A stretch of DNA of 64,000 nt, from assembly GCA_964016885.1 (NCBI GenBank), contig CAXHJY010000928.1, positions 62,001 through 126,000 on the forward strand. The letters are read 5' to 3'. The stretch is from Eledone cirrhosa (taxonomy: Eukaryota). How positions within the stretch are numbered: position 1 is the first letter of the stretch; each line of letters starts with the position of its first letter. Below are positions 28,501 through 40,250 of the stretch, piece after piece. Under the pieces are notes generated by a model. That model saw nothing but the letters and a program-made list of their open reading frames with translations, was not told the origin of the DNA and ran no database searches. The translations under genes were made by a program, and so were the position numbers.

Positions 28501-29566
28501 ACAAAAGGAGCTATACTGTATATAGGGCTATAAAAGCTAAGAGATAGGAACTATACAATACAGTTGGGGTGAGCTACTAACCAAACAAAAGGAGCTATAC
28601 GGTATATAGAGCTATAAAAGCTAAGAGATAGGAACTGTACAATACAGTTGGGGTGAGCTACTAACCAAACAAAAGGAGCTATACGGTATATAGAGCTATA
28701 AAAGCTAAGAGATAGGAACTGTACAATACAGTTGGGGTGAGCTACCAACCAAACAAAAGGAACAATACTGTATATAGGGCTATAAAAGCTAAGAGATAGG
28801 AACTGTACAATACAGTTGGGGTGAGCTACTAACCAAACAAAAGGAGCAATACTCTATATAGGGCTATAAAAGCTAAGAGATAGGAACTATACAATACAGT
28901 TGGGGTGAGCTACTAACCAAACAAAAGGAGCTATACGGTATATAGAGCTATAAAAGCTAAGAGATAGGAACTGTACAATACAGTTGGGGTGAGCTACCAA
29001 CCAAACAAAAGGAACAATACTGTATATAGGGCTATAAAAGCTAAGAGATAGGAACTGTACAATACAGTTGGGGTGAGCTACTAACCAAACAAAAGGAACA
29101 ATACTGTATATAGAGCTATAAAAGCTAAGAGATAGGAACTGTACAATACAGTTGGGGTGAGCTACCAACCAAACAAAAGGAACAATACTGTATATAGGGC
29201 TATAAAAGCTAAGAGATAGGAACTGTACAATACAGTTGGGGTGAGCTACCAACCAAACAAAAGGAACAATACTGTATATAGGGCTATAAAAGCTAAGAGA
29301 TAGGAACTGTACAATACAGTTGGGGTGAGCTACTAACCAAACAAAAGGAACAATACTGTATATAGAGCTATAAAAGCTAAGAGATAGGAACTGTACAATA
29401 CAGTTGGGGTGAGCTACCAACCAAACAAAAGGAACAATACTGTATATAGAGCTATAAAAGCTAAGAGATAGGAACTGTACAATACAGTTGGGGTGAGCTA
29501 CCAACCAAACAAAAGGAACAATACTGTATATAGGGCTATAAAAGCTAAGAGATAGGAACTGTACAA
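4522..29566. repeat. 84-bp tandem satellite array, ~25 kb, about 298 units
   Basis: Unit TACAGTTGGGGTGAGCTACCAACCAAACAAAAGGAGCTATACTGTATATAGGGCTATAAAAGCTAAGAGATAGGAACTATACAA is repeated head-to-tail with a few recurrent SNP variants and rare 1-2 bp insertions. Confidence 0.98.
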
Positions 29567-29592
29567 GGATGAAGTGTAAAAAAAAAAAAAAA

Positions 29593-29725
29593 TATCCCTT
29601 TGATCACAAATGACCATGGATTTTGCATCTAGAAAGTTGTGAGAAACAAGCAAAGGCAAAGTATTTTTTGTGGAAGACCAGCAGTCATCCATCCATAGCT
29701 GGCTTCCTACTCCACACCACCGCTG
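29593..29725 (-). mobile_element. Degenerate SINE 3' fragment, same tail type as 2814-3124
   Basis: ATCCCTTTGATCACAAATGACCATGGATTTTGCATCTAGAA...GAAGACCAGCAGTC resembles 2825-2935. Confidence 0.55.
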
Positions 29726-29822
29726 TGGTCATCTCAACCTCCTACCAAATATAACCATCATAACCTCGAACCATTTTGGTGAAAGCCCTCTTCCAAAAAC
29801 AATCATTGTATATATCTGTTGT

Positions 29823-30470
29823 ACCATTACTACCACTACCGCCACCGCCACCCTTACTACCACCACCACCACCACTGCCACCATTACTACCACCACCACC
29901 ACTGCCACCACTACCACCACTACTACTACCTCCACCACCGCTGCCGCCGCCACCACTACTACCACCACTGCCGCCACCATCATTAGTACCACCACCATCA
30001 TTAGTAGCACCACCACTACCACCACCACCACTACCACCACCACCACCACCACCACCACTACCACCACCACCACTACCACCACCACCACCACCACCACCAC
30101 CACTACTACTACTACCAGCACCACCACTACCACTGCCGCCACTACCACTACCACTGCCGCCACCACCATTACTACTACAGCCGCTACAACTACCACCACC
30201 ACCATTACTACAACAGCCGCACAACTACCACCCCCACCCCTACAACTGCCACCACCACCACCACCAGTACCACTCCCGCCACTATACCACCACCACCAAC
30301 ACCTCCACCACCACTACACCACCTCCACCACCACTACACCACCACCACCACCACTACACCACCGCTACACAACCACCACCACCACTACACCACCACCACC
30401 ACTACACCACCACCACTATCATCACCACCACCACTACACCACCACCACCACCACCACTACCGCTATTACT
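29823..30470. repeat. Degenerate (ACC/ACT)n trinucleotide microsatellite
   Basis: Seen directly. It produces spurious poly-Thr/Pro/His/Val/Gly ORFs. Confidence 0.95.
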
Positions 30471-30722
30471 ACATGGCTTCTGTGTGTGGGCGTAAGTATC
30501 TGTCTGTGTGTGGTAGTCTATATACTTGCATCGATACAGAACTTGTCATTCTTATTAAAAATAAAACATATTTTCAGATGTAGTCTGAGTGACATTTCTT
30601 AATGTAACCTCTATACACTCTCACACTGTGTAAACAAGGGTCTTGGCTATATCTGTTTTTTCTTTTCTGTTTTTTATGTGGAGTGAGAGACTCCTAGTGT
30701 TCATTAAGACATCACTCTAGGA

Positions 30723-31028
30723 CAGCGGTTCCCAACCTTTTATAATAAATTCCACCTTAATGATATAGCAAAACAGTATGGCACCCCAAAAAATTAAAAT
30801 TTTTGATATAATTTTTTAATGTAGAAATAATTTTGGCATGTCTTTTTATTTGTGAAGTATAATCATAATTAGAAAAGGTAGAAAGTTGATAAAAAGTTGA
30901 ATATAAAAATTTGAAGCAAGAAAAAGAAAAAATTATGTTAGGAAACTACTCTACTTTTTTATGTATAAAATGTTGTGAGTTTTAGTTAATTCCCGTGGCT
31001 CCCCCAATAACTTGCTATGGCCCACTGA
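30723..31028. mobile_element. Degenerate hAT/Charlie-like MITE
   Basis: Begins CAGCGGTTCCCAACCTTT (Charlie-type TIR) after a CTCTAGGA target-like 8-mer. Subterminal GGCACCCC/GGCTCCCC motifs are present. The right TIR is eroded (CCCACTG). Confidence 0.45.
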
Positions 31029-31759
31029 TATAAAACCTGTGACTTTGTTTACATCCAATAATGTAGACCAGTTGTTCTTTATGGGTAAATACATTTGATG
31101 TTCAGAGAGTGGGATTGGCCCCGTGCAAAGCCTTTCCTCACTTAAAAAAGCTTCAAGCACAGTCATTGCTTAATATGTGACATTTTTTGTGGTGCATGGT
31201 ATTGCTGGCCAAAGAACCATGTCCGTGATGCTCATGCTTAAGTATCAAGCGATGACATTACTCGAAATCAAGTTGCAGTCATCATATATATATATATATA
31301 TGTATCTGTGTGGTGAATTAGGGTATGGTGATTATTGAAAATTTTGAAAATAGAATTAGATGCTTCCACTGTGAATTGATTTTTGAAAATAGTTTAATAT
31401 GGTGTCATAGAAACACCCAAAATGGAAAAATTGGGCTATAGCATGCGTAGATATGGGTTCATTTCCCATATATGCTAATGCCCAATTTTCCATTATAGGG
31501 ATACATATAACCTAATAAATAACTGATAAGTTTCAGAAAGCCGGTACAGTGAATTAGAATTATATAAAGGGTAAAGGATGACAAATAAAACAGTGTTGCT
31601 TTTATTCCAGTATATTTCAACATATTTCAGGGTTAAACCCTCTTGTCAAGTGCTGAATTTCAATGGGAAGACTGCTGCCATCACACAAACCATCCATAAG
31701 GAAGGCCTGAATATATAGCAGGTGCACTCAGGACCTTCATTGAGGTGACTACTCTTCAG

Positions 31760-31929
31760 ACACAAAAAGCATCCAGTTCACACTGTAAATGAGGTTGGCA
31801 TTAGGAAGGGCATCCAGCTGTAGAAATCAAGCTTAAATCAGTTTTGACCTGGCATTGCCCACAACAGGACAACCTGTCTAACCCATGCTAGCGTGGAAGA
31901 ATGTATGCAAAACGGTGATGATGATGATA
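31760..31929 (+). mobile_element. RTE/SINE 3' terminal module with (GAT)n tail
   Basis: CACTGTAAATGAGGTTGGCATTAGGAAGGGCATCCAGCTGTAGAAA...CCCATGCTAGCGTGGAA...GATGATGAT. Confidence 0.7.
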
Positions 31930-31935
31930 TATATA

Positions 31936-32637
31936 TCATCATCATCATCATCGTTTAACGTCCGTGTTCCACGCTTGCATGGGTTTGGACAGGAGTTTTC
32001 CCACTTGAGGCAAGAGTGATTGTCTTGCTCGCATAGGACTGTCTGGCATGTTTTCTACAGCTGGATGCCCTTCCTAACACCAACCACATTTACAGTGTGG
32101 GACTGGGAGGTTTTTACCGTGTTGCCTACACGGCCACATTACAGCGTGGACTGTGTGTTTTTTTGTCGTGACACCTACACGATCTCATTTGTTTCGGCCT
32201 GGATGGTGTGGCACCAACATAACTTTACATAGAAGGAGGCGGTGTGGATGGGGTGGGGGTGGTGGGACGGGGGTGTATTTTGTTAGAGAGGCCTACTGGC
32301 TGTAGTAGGTTTTACTTTGTATTTAGCTAAGGCGGATCTTCTCTATTACTGAGTACCGCCAAAGATCTCGGTCCAGTGACATTGTCTTGGAGAGGTGTAA
32401 GTGTGAGAGGTCGGAATTTATCAGCTCGTCCCAGGTTTTTCTGGGTCTGCCTACTCCGTGGCTACCGTCTATCTTTATTGCCCTGCACTTTTTTATACAG
32501 CTGTCGTCTTTCATGCGCATCACGTGACCATACCAACGTAGCCTTCTCTTTAGTAAACAACATCTGATCCCTCTTATTTCTAATTTTTTCCTTAGTTCGT
32601 TTATGCTTTGCCGTTCACGTATATTACTATTACACAT
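31936..32637 (-). mobile_element. RTE LINE subfamily A, 5'-truncated 3' end
   Basis: ORF 32323-32637 ([12 protein letters not shown]...GRPRKTW) plus a 3' UTR and (GAT)n tail matching the other A copies. Flanked by (TA)n. Confidence 0.9.
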
Positions 32638-32831
32638 ATATATAAATCTATCGAGGAGTTAGATACGTGAGGTATCATTACCAAAACACTGCCACTGTAC
32701 TCACTGAATAACTGTAATGTGTGCACCTAGACAATAAGGCCGTAGTTTCACAACTGCAAGCTTATTGTCTCATTGAGTGGATCCTTCTGAGGGGAAATAA
32801 GTACAGAAACTGGGAAATGCATAGTCTCATA

Positions 32832-33168
32832 CATCATCATCATCATTTTACGTCCACTTTTCCCTGCTTGCAAGAGTGGGACGAGAACTGATTCTGGTTT
32901 GATTTCTACAGCTGGATGCCCTTCCTAACACCAACCTCATTTACAGTGTGGGCTGGGTGCTTTTTGGCCATGGCACCTACATGTCCACTTTGCAGTGGAA
33001 TGATAGGGACCCAGTCCTATCATCTCATTTCTACAGATGAGTAAACTGGAGCAATATGAAATAAAGTGTCTTGCTCAAGGAAACAACACATCACCTGGTC
33101 TGAGAATTGAACTCACAACCTTTCGATTGCAAGGCCAATGCTCTAACCACTAAGCCATGTGCCTCCAT
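32832..33168 (-). mobile_element. tRNA-derived CORE-type SINE with RTE-derived tail
   Basis: Highly similar to 40251-40598 and 63686-64000. Has a tRNA A/B-box-like head, a CORE-like CCTTGAGCAAGACACTTTATTTCA and a (GAT)n tail. Confidence 0.85.
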
Positions 33169-33189
33169 CATATATAATATATTCCTTCC

Positions 33190-34107
33190 AAATTGAAAGG
33201 CAGACTGTATGATGCATGTATACGAACAGCAATGTTACATGGTAGTGTGACCTGGGTGTTGTGTGTAGAAAACTTGCGTAGATTAGAAAGAAACAAAGCT
33301 TGCATGCTCCGATGGATGTGTAGTAATAAATGTGAACAGCAAAACATAAACGAACAGAGAGACTAGGTATAAGAGGAATCAAATACTGTGTGTAGGAGAG
33401 GTGTGTGGACATGTGATGCGTATAAAGGATGACAGCTGCATAAAAGCATGCAGAGTGCTCAAAGTCGATGGAAGCCATGGAGTAGGCAGGCCAAGCAAGA
33501 CTTGGGATGAGGTGATGAAAGCTGACTTACCCAATTCCCCTTCTCAAAGGTGATGATACAGGTCCGAGATCTCTGGCTTTATGCTGTAATATAGAAAACC
33601 CAACTTCCCATGGGCTCAGGCCAAGGCTCAAGCATATGTACAGTATGCCCCACTTCGTCACACCCTCCCACACATCTCTCTGAGGACAGGCCGAAATATA
33701 CATCCAGTGAAGCCTCCAGTCCACACTGTAAATTGGTCATGTAGGTGTCACAACAAAAAGTACCCAGTCCACACTGTAAAGTGGTCATGTAGGTGTCACA
33801 ACAAAAAGTACCCAGTCCACACTGTAAAGTGGTCATGTAGGTGTCACAACAAAAAGTACCCAGTCCCCACTGTAAAGTGGTCATGTAGGTGTCACAACAA
33901 AAGTACCCAGCACTCACTGTAAATGAGGTTAATGTTAGAAAGGGCATCCAGCTGTCGAAATTAAGCTAAAATCAGTTCTGTATAAGCAAGACATGGTCAC
34001 CTGACCTAGCATTGCCTACGACAGGACAACCCATCTAACCATAGCTAAAATAGACATAAAACGGTGATAGACATAACTAGATGTAAAATGGTGATGATGA
34101 TGATGAT
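33190..34107 (+). mobile_element. Degenerate RTE 3' end with a 48-bp VNTR in its 3' UTR (33715-33925)
   Basis: Eroded [16 protein letters not shown]...GRPSKTWDEV coding sequence, then about 4.4 copies of CCAGTCCACACTGTAAAGTGGTCATGTAGGTGTCACAACAAAAAGTAC, then a (GAT)n tail. Confidence 0.75.
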
Positions 34108-34197
34108 ACTGTTCTGTTAATGTTGTTATTACTGTTAAACCTTTACATATATATAAATATATTTTGTATGTGTATATATATATGTGTGTATGTATAT

Positions 34198-34467
34198 CAT
34201 CATCATCATCATTTTACGTCCGCTTTTCCCTGCTTGCAAGGGTGGGAAGGGTCCTATTCAGCACAGCATCTCTCCACTTGTCACGGTCCTTCGTCATCTC
34301 CACCGTGAGCTTCAGCAATCTGAGGTCTGCTCTCATCACCTCCGCCCATGTTTTTCGTGGTCTTCCTCTACTACATCTTTCTTCAACTGGCATTTCTTGG
34401 CACTTCATCACTCATTGGTCATCCTCCATACACATCACATGTCCATACCATCGCAGTCTTCTTTCCC
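34198..34467 (-). mobile_element. RTE LINE subfamily C, short 3' end (ORF runs to the tail, essentially no 3' UTR)
   Basis: [11 protein letters not shown]...RGRPRKTWAEVMRADL...DRDKWR...PTLASREKRT* is followed immediately by (GAT)n. Confidence 0.85.
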
Positions 34468-34496
34468 GCACACACACACATATATATATATATATA

Positions 34497-34655
34497 CTGT
34501 AAATGTGGTTGGTGTTAGGGAGGGCATTCAGTCATAGAAACCAAGCCAGAAACAGTCCTATATGAGCAAGACACGGTCACCTGACACAACTTGCCTCTAA
34601 TGAGTCAACCTGTCTAACCCATGCTAGCATGGAAAATGTACATTAGATGATGATG

Positions 34656-34699
<44 letters not shown>

Positions 34700-35070
34700 C
34701 ATCATCATCACCACTATTTTACGTCTATTTTACCATGCTAGCATGGGTTAAACATATTTATTGTCTTGTGAGACAAGTCAGGCCAGATGACTATATCTTG
34801 CTCATACAAAACTGATTTTGGCTAGGATTCTTTAGCTGGATGCCCTCCCTGATGCCAACCACATTACAGTACTGGGTGCTTTTTGTTGTGACATCTACAC
34901 AATCACTTTATAATGAGGATTAGGCATTCATTGTCATGGCCAAGTCTAGCCAGATGGCTATTACTGTATTTTGGGATCTGTGTAGTCCCATTATGAGGGA
35001 GGTCTTGACATGCCTTGCTCATAGTGAGGCCATGTTTGGACTTGGTTTTTACGGCTGCTCACTGCCCATC
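34497..35070. mobile_element. Two degenerate RTE/SINE 3' modules tail-to-tail around (TA)n (34497-34657 plus; 34699-~35070 minus)
   Basis: Both contain CCATGCTAGCATGG and a GGCATCCAG-like module, with GAT/CAT tails. Confidence 0.6.
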
Positions 35071-35504
35071 CTGTGTCACTGGATCATCCTTTTATGAGAC
35101 AAGTCTGCCTAAATGGCCGTACCATACCTTACACATTTTGGAGCACTGCTGACAATGGGACCGTAATATGGGCGCTGTTATAAGACATGTCATAGTGGTG
35201 TTGTGTTACTGGGTAGTCCTGTTATAAGACATGTCATAGTGGTGTTGTGTGGGCGTATGTGTATATTTTGGTGTAATTTGTGCGTGCTCACGTAAATATG
35301 CACATGAATTCCGGTGAATACACACCCACATTGCCACCCCACAAACTGAGCCAATCCTCTGTGAAAGACACGCAACAGGTCGATACGCAATATATATTTT
35401 TCATATGTAAATGAAACTTCCTCGTTTTTGTCTATTATATACACTCTGCCTGTGCATAGAATGGTTGATTTGGTACCAATACCAGTAATTCACTGTACTA
35501 CCTA

Positions 35505-35542
<38 letters not shown>

Positions 35543-35883
35543 CCAAAGAGGGATGTTTGTTGGTTGGTGTCTTTGCACATCACACAAAAATGAAAAGTGA
35601 CAATCGAAAAGTAAGTACAGCAATGGAATAAGGGTTTATACATGAACGTTTTATTGCTATTCATTTTATCACATCAAAGAAGAAAAAAAATACATCCTCG
35701 GCATGCTAACCAATCTAACTGCTATTTCTAGCAGGCTGGAGGACAAACATAAGGGATTCTTTCTTTCCTTCCATTGTCAGCGATGCCCATGTTTTACAGC
35801 CAGTCTCTCTGTGGATTTGAAGGGTGGTTTACAAAGACGCACACACACATTTATATATAATTATCTCTATCTACATATAATAA

Positions 35884-36035
35884 AGGTGGTGAATTGGCAG
35901 TCATTAAAATGTCAGATAGAATGCTTTGTGATATTTGTTCTGTCTCTCTCTTCTCTCCGAGTTCAAATCAAAGGTCAACTTTACCTTTCATCCATTGAAG
36001 GTCAATAAAAAAAGTACCAATCTAGTACTGGGGTA
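35884..36035 (+). mobile_element. Degenerate SINE of a second family (Meta-SINE-like central domain)
   Basis: GGTGAATTGGCAG...GAGTTCAAATC (B-box-like)...GGTCAACTTTACCTTTCATCC...GGTCAATAAAAAAAGTACCA. Family assignment is from recall only. Confidence 0.5.
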
Positions 36036-36119
36036 GGTTCTTCCTCTATATCTCTTTCTCACTCTCTATCCTTCTCTGGAAGAAATCTACTATATTCAAG
36101 CCTGGAGAGATGGGCTCCA

Positions 36120-36752
36120 CCAGATTTTTAAAATGTTCTAGAAACGCTCTATGTTAATATGGTGCCCCTATGACTCCTTAGGAGTTACAGGTCCATACCA
36201 TATCATGTAATATAAAAGATTAGAACCCCCGTCATCCTTTCGAGAAACATGGACCAACCACGTCTATGCAATGACACATGTTTAACTGTCAAGTGGATGA
36301 TAAGTGGATCTTATAGAGGGCAATATTCTTGGAGGCAACCATCAAGGAGAAAATACATTTATTCCCAAGATTCCTTTTATCCCTTCCTCTACCGAGCTGC
36401 CGTTCGAATTGTCAAGATCTCAGTTCCCTGTTAGAACCAGTTTTGCTCTGACTCGGAACGTCAATGTTCTAGGATTGAATATGAGAGAATCTGTTTTTAC
36501 CCATGTACAGTTATATGTACACTGTTCACGAGTGGAAACACCTAGAAATCTTATACTATGCACGAATGGTAAAACAAAGAATGTGGTGTATCTGGAACAT
36601 TTTTGACTGGTTTTATTTTGTTGCCATACACACACACACACCATTGTCTTGCCTCAGTCTGTAAACCAGACAATGCATCCAATAGAGTTATTTTCTCTTC
36701 TACCTGTTTTCTCTTATCTGTTTACCTGGGAAATTCTGGGTACCTCAGCTAG
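36120..36752 (+). mobile_element. Helitron 3' end: PIF1-like helicase C-terminus pseudogene plus hairpin-CTAG terminus
   Basis: ORFs 36249-36434 and 36304-36606 give RNMDQPRLCN, IPKIP..PS.TELPFELSR.QFPVR.SFALT, VFTH.QLYV.CSRV and GKTKNVVY.E. A subterminal hairpin (ACCTGGG-AAAT-TCTGGGT) precedes CTAG at 36749-36752, which is followed by T. Confidence 0.85.
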
Positions 36753-36838
36753 TATATATATATATATATATATATACATAATATATATATATATATATAT
36801 ATATATACTATAAAGTAAATATATATATATATCATCAT

Positions 36839-36886
<48 letters not shown>

Positions 36887-36921
36887 TATAAAGTAAATAT
36901 ATCTATATATATATATATATA

Positions 36922-39900
36922 TCATCATCATCATCATCAACGTTTAACGTCCGTGTTCCACGCTTGCATGGGTTTGGACGGGGGTAGTCCCACTTGAGGC
37001 AAGAGTGATTGTCTTGCTCGCATAGGACTGTCTGGCAGGTTTTCTACAGTTGGATGCCCTTCCTAACACCAACCACATTTACAGTGTGGGTCTGGGAGGT
37101 TTTTACCGTGTTGCCTACACGGCCACATTACAGCGTGGACTGTGTGTTTTTTTTTGTCGTGACACCTACATGATCTCATTTGTTTCGGCCTGGATGGCGC
37201 GGCACCAACATAACTTTACATAGAACGGGGTGGTGTGGATGGGGTGGGGGTGGTGGCGGGACGGGGTGTATTTTGTTAGAGATGCCTACTGGCAAGGCGG
37301 GTCTTCTCTGTTACTGAGTACCGCCAAAGGTCTCGGTCCAGTGACATTGTCTTGGAGAGGTGTAAGTGTGTGAGGTCGGAGTTTATCAGCTCGTCCCAGG
37401 TTTTTCTAGGTCTGCCTATTCCGTGGCTACCGTCTATCTTTATTGCCCTGCACTTTGTTATACAGCTATCGACTTTCATGCGCATCACGTGTCCATACCA
37501 ACGTAGCCTTCTCTCGAGTAAACAACATCTGATCCCTCTTATCTCTAATTTTTTCCTTAGTTCGTTTATGCTTTGCCGTTCACGTATATTACTGTTACAC
37601 ATCCAGCGGAGCATGCAAGCTTCGTTCCTCTCTAGTCTGCGTATATCCTCTGCACACAATGCCCAGGTCTCACTGCCATGCAACATTGCTGTTCGTATGC
37701 AGGCATCGTACAACCTGCCTTTCATTTTTAGGGAGAACCCTTTAGCAGCTAATAGTGGTATAAGCTCTCTGAACTTTTTCCAACCAGTTCTGACTCTAGC
37801 TACTGTACTTTCAGAGCACCCTCCCCCACTGCTGATTTTATTGCCCAGGTAACGGAAGGTGTCCACTATTTCTATAGAACCCTCTGCGCAATTGAAAGAG
37901 CTAGTATTTTGTGGGCACTTGCTGCTACTTATTGCACCAGAACACCGGCCACATGTAAAATCTATGTTCTTAGTTAGCTTACCTGTGATCCCACTACATC
38001 TTTTATGCACCCATACTTTGCATTTAGGACATAAAATGGAGTTTCTACCTACGCCTTTCCTACACACCGAGCACGACCATTTCCCAGAAGGGACCGCCGC
38101 CTTGTTTTCTTTCCTACAAACTAGAACTTTAGTCTTAGCCAGGTTAATTTTAAGTCCTTTTGACTCTAGGCCGTGCTTCCATGTTTGGAATTTCTTCTCT
38201 AGCTCGGCCATTGATTCCGCTATGAGTGTCAGGTCGTCTGCATATAGGAGTTCCCATGGGCAGCCGGTCTTGAACTCCTCTGTTATAGCCTGAAGGGCAA
38301 TAATAAATAGTAGGGGGCTGAGAACAGAGCCCTGATGGACGCCAACTTTTACGCTAAACTCTTCACTATATTCGTTGTTAATTCTAACCTTGCTGACTGT
38401 TTCTTTATACATGGCTTGTATAGCCCTCACAAGCCATTCGTCAACGCCTAGTTTTCTAAGAGCTCACCAGATAATGGAGCGGGGGACTCTGTCGAAGGCT
38501 TTCTCCAAGTCGACAAAAGCTAAGTAGAGGGGTTTACCTTTAGCTAGGTACTTCTCCTGTAGTTGTCGTACTATGAAAAGAGCGTCTGTGGTACTTTTGC
38601 CTGACACAAACCCGAACTACATTTCATCTAGGTCAATTCTCTCTCTGATTAGTTGCGCTATTACTTTCTCCGTGACCTTCATGACCTGGTCGATTAATTT
38701 AATGCCTCTATAGTTACTCCTATCTAGGGCGTCTCCTTTACCCTTATAACAGTTAACGATGATGCTGCTATGCCAGTCCTTCGGAACAACCCCATTCTGT
38801 ACGACTTGGTTAACTATGCGGGTGACCATGGTGTGTCCCACCGTGCCAGATGCCTTCAGCATCTCAGCAACTATTTCCGAAGGCCCAGCCGCCTTACCCG
38901 TCTTCATATCCTTGATTGCCTTATTTATTATACTCCCCTCGACTAACACTGCTGGTCCCTCTATTGGGTTGATATGGGGGAGACTGTCTTTCTCCCATTT
39001 ATTCTCCTCATTTAGTAGCCTTTCATAGTGACACTTCCAAGCTACCTTCTTATCAGCGTCGGTGATGGCAAGTATGCCATCATCGTTAAGTACACACTTC
39101 TCCCCGACAATATCACGGTTTTCCTTGACGCATTGCCTAGCAATCCTGAACACCTCACGTTTTTGGTCATCGCGTTGTAGAACATACTTGAACTTTCTTT
39201 CCTCAGCTTCCCTTCTTGCTAAGTACACTTGTCTCCTAGCTTCCCTCCTGGCCACTTGATAGTCTTCTCTACTTCCCCCATCCCGCCATACTTTCCAAGC
39301 CTGCTTTTTGGCCTTAATTGACCCCTCCACCTTACTGTTCCACCACCATGTTACTCTCCTCCTGCCTACAGGCCTGCTCCAGCCACAGACTTCGTCTGTC
39401 GCCATCAGCAGGTTTGCTTTCAGAAATTCCCACTGTCCCTCTATATTGTCCGACTCTAAATGTTCTTCCTTACTGTCGAAAGCATCAAGTAATATGCTTT
39501 GAAATTTATTTCTGGCTGTGGGGTCCTTTAGCTTCCATATTTTTCTCCTGAGGATAGTCCTCTTCTGCTGTCGAGTACGTCTCGTCCTGACTATGAGGTC
39601 GCTAATTATCAGTCTATGTTGGGAGGTGCATTCTTCATGGGGGAGGGATTTAGTGTTTACAACAGACACTCTGTCACGTCTTCTGGTAAGGATATAATCT
39701 ACCTGGCTTGTGTGTTCCCCGGATCTATAGGTGATCAGGTGATTGTCACGTTTTTTGAAGTTAGTGTTACAGATAGTTAGGTTATTTGCATCACAGAATT
39801 CCAGGATTCTGGAGCCTTCCTCATTTCTAGTACCAAACCCATAGCCTCCATGGATTTCGTCGTAGCCGTCACAATGTTGTCCAACGTGACCATTTAGGTC

Positions 39901-40229
39901 GCCTGCAATAATTATATAGTCACTGTCGGATATTTGGGAGGTAGTTAGCATCAGTGTCTCATAGAATCTGTCTTTTATAGTGCCGGGCAGTCCAGTTTGG
40001 GGTGCGTACGCAGATATTACTGTCACCGTAGTTCTATTGAGGACAAGTCGTATTTTAATTATTCTGTCGTTCACTCTATTTACGTCTATTATCTTATCTG
40101 CCCACTTTTCTGCTACCATGATTCCTACTCCACCCAGCCCATTGTCGTTTCCCACCCAGAAAAGCTTATAACATAATTTTTACCCTCAATGAATCTAGCA
40201 GACCCACCCCTCCACCTGGTCTCTTGAAT
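36922..40229 (-). mobile_element. RTE LINE subfamily A, ~3.3 kb, truncated inside the APE endonuclease, two nonsense mutations
   Basis: ORF 38617-40155 has APE motifs (SAYAPQ, GDLNGHVG, QVDYIL, SQHR) and the RT start. ORF 37276-38430 has QGSVLSP, YADD and the PHD-like Cys/His cluster. (GAT)n tail, (TA)n flanks. Confidence 0.95.
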
Positions 40230-40250
40230 ATATATATATATATATATATA

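Noticed and set aside
4522-29566. 84-bp (28-codon) unit as a C2H2 zinc-finger array or other coding repeat
   Set aside because: The period matches C2H2 fingers, but no frame has CxxC..HxxxH or TGEKP. The plus frames are stopped in nearly every unit and the minus ORFs appear only where one SNP removes a stop.
4522-29566. CRISPR-like array
   Set aside because: No unique spacers and no cas genes; eukaryotic context.
29670-30602. Mucin-, extensin- or glycine-rich protein ORFs
   Set aside because: They are translations of an (ACC)n microsatellite that is open in most frames.
32779-32826. Hammerhead-like CTGAGGG...GAAACTG...TAGTC
   Set aside because: The core is mutated, there is no stem II, and the stem I partner is absent. 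At best a decayed relic.
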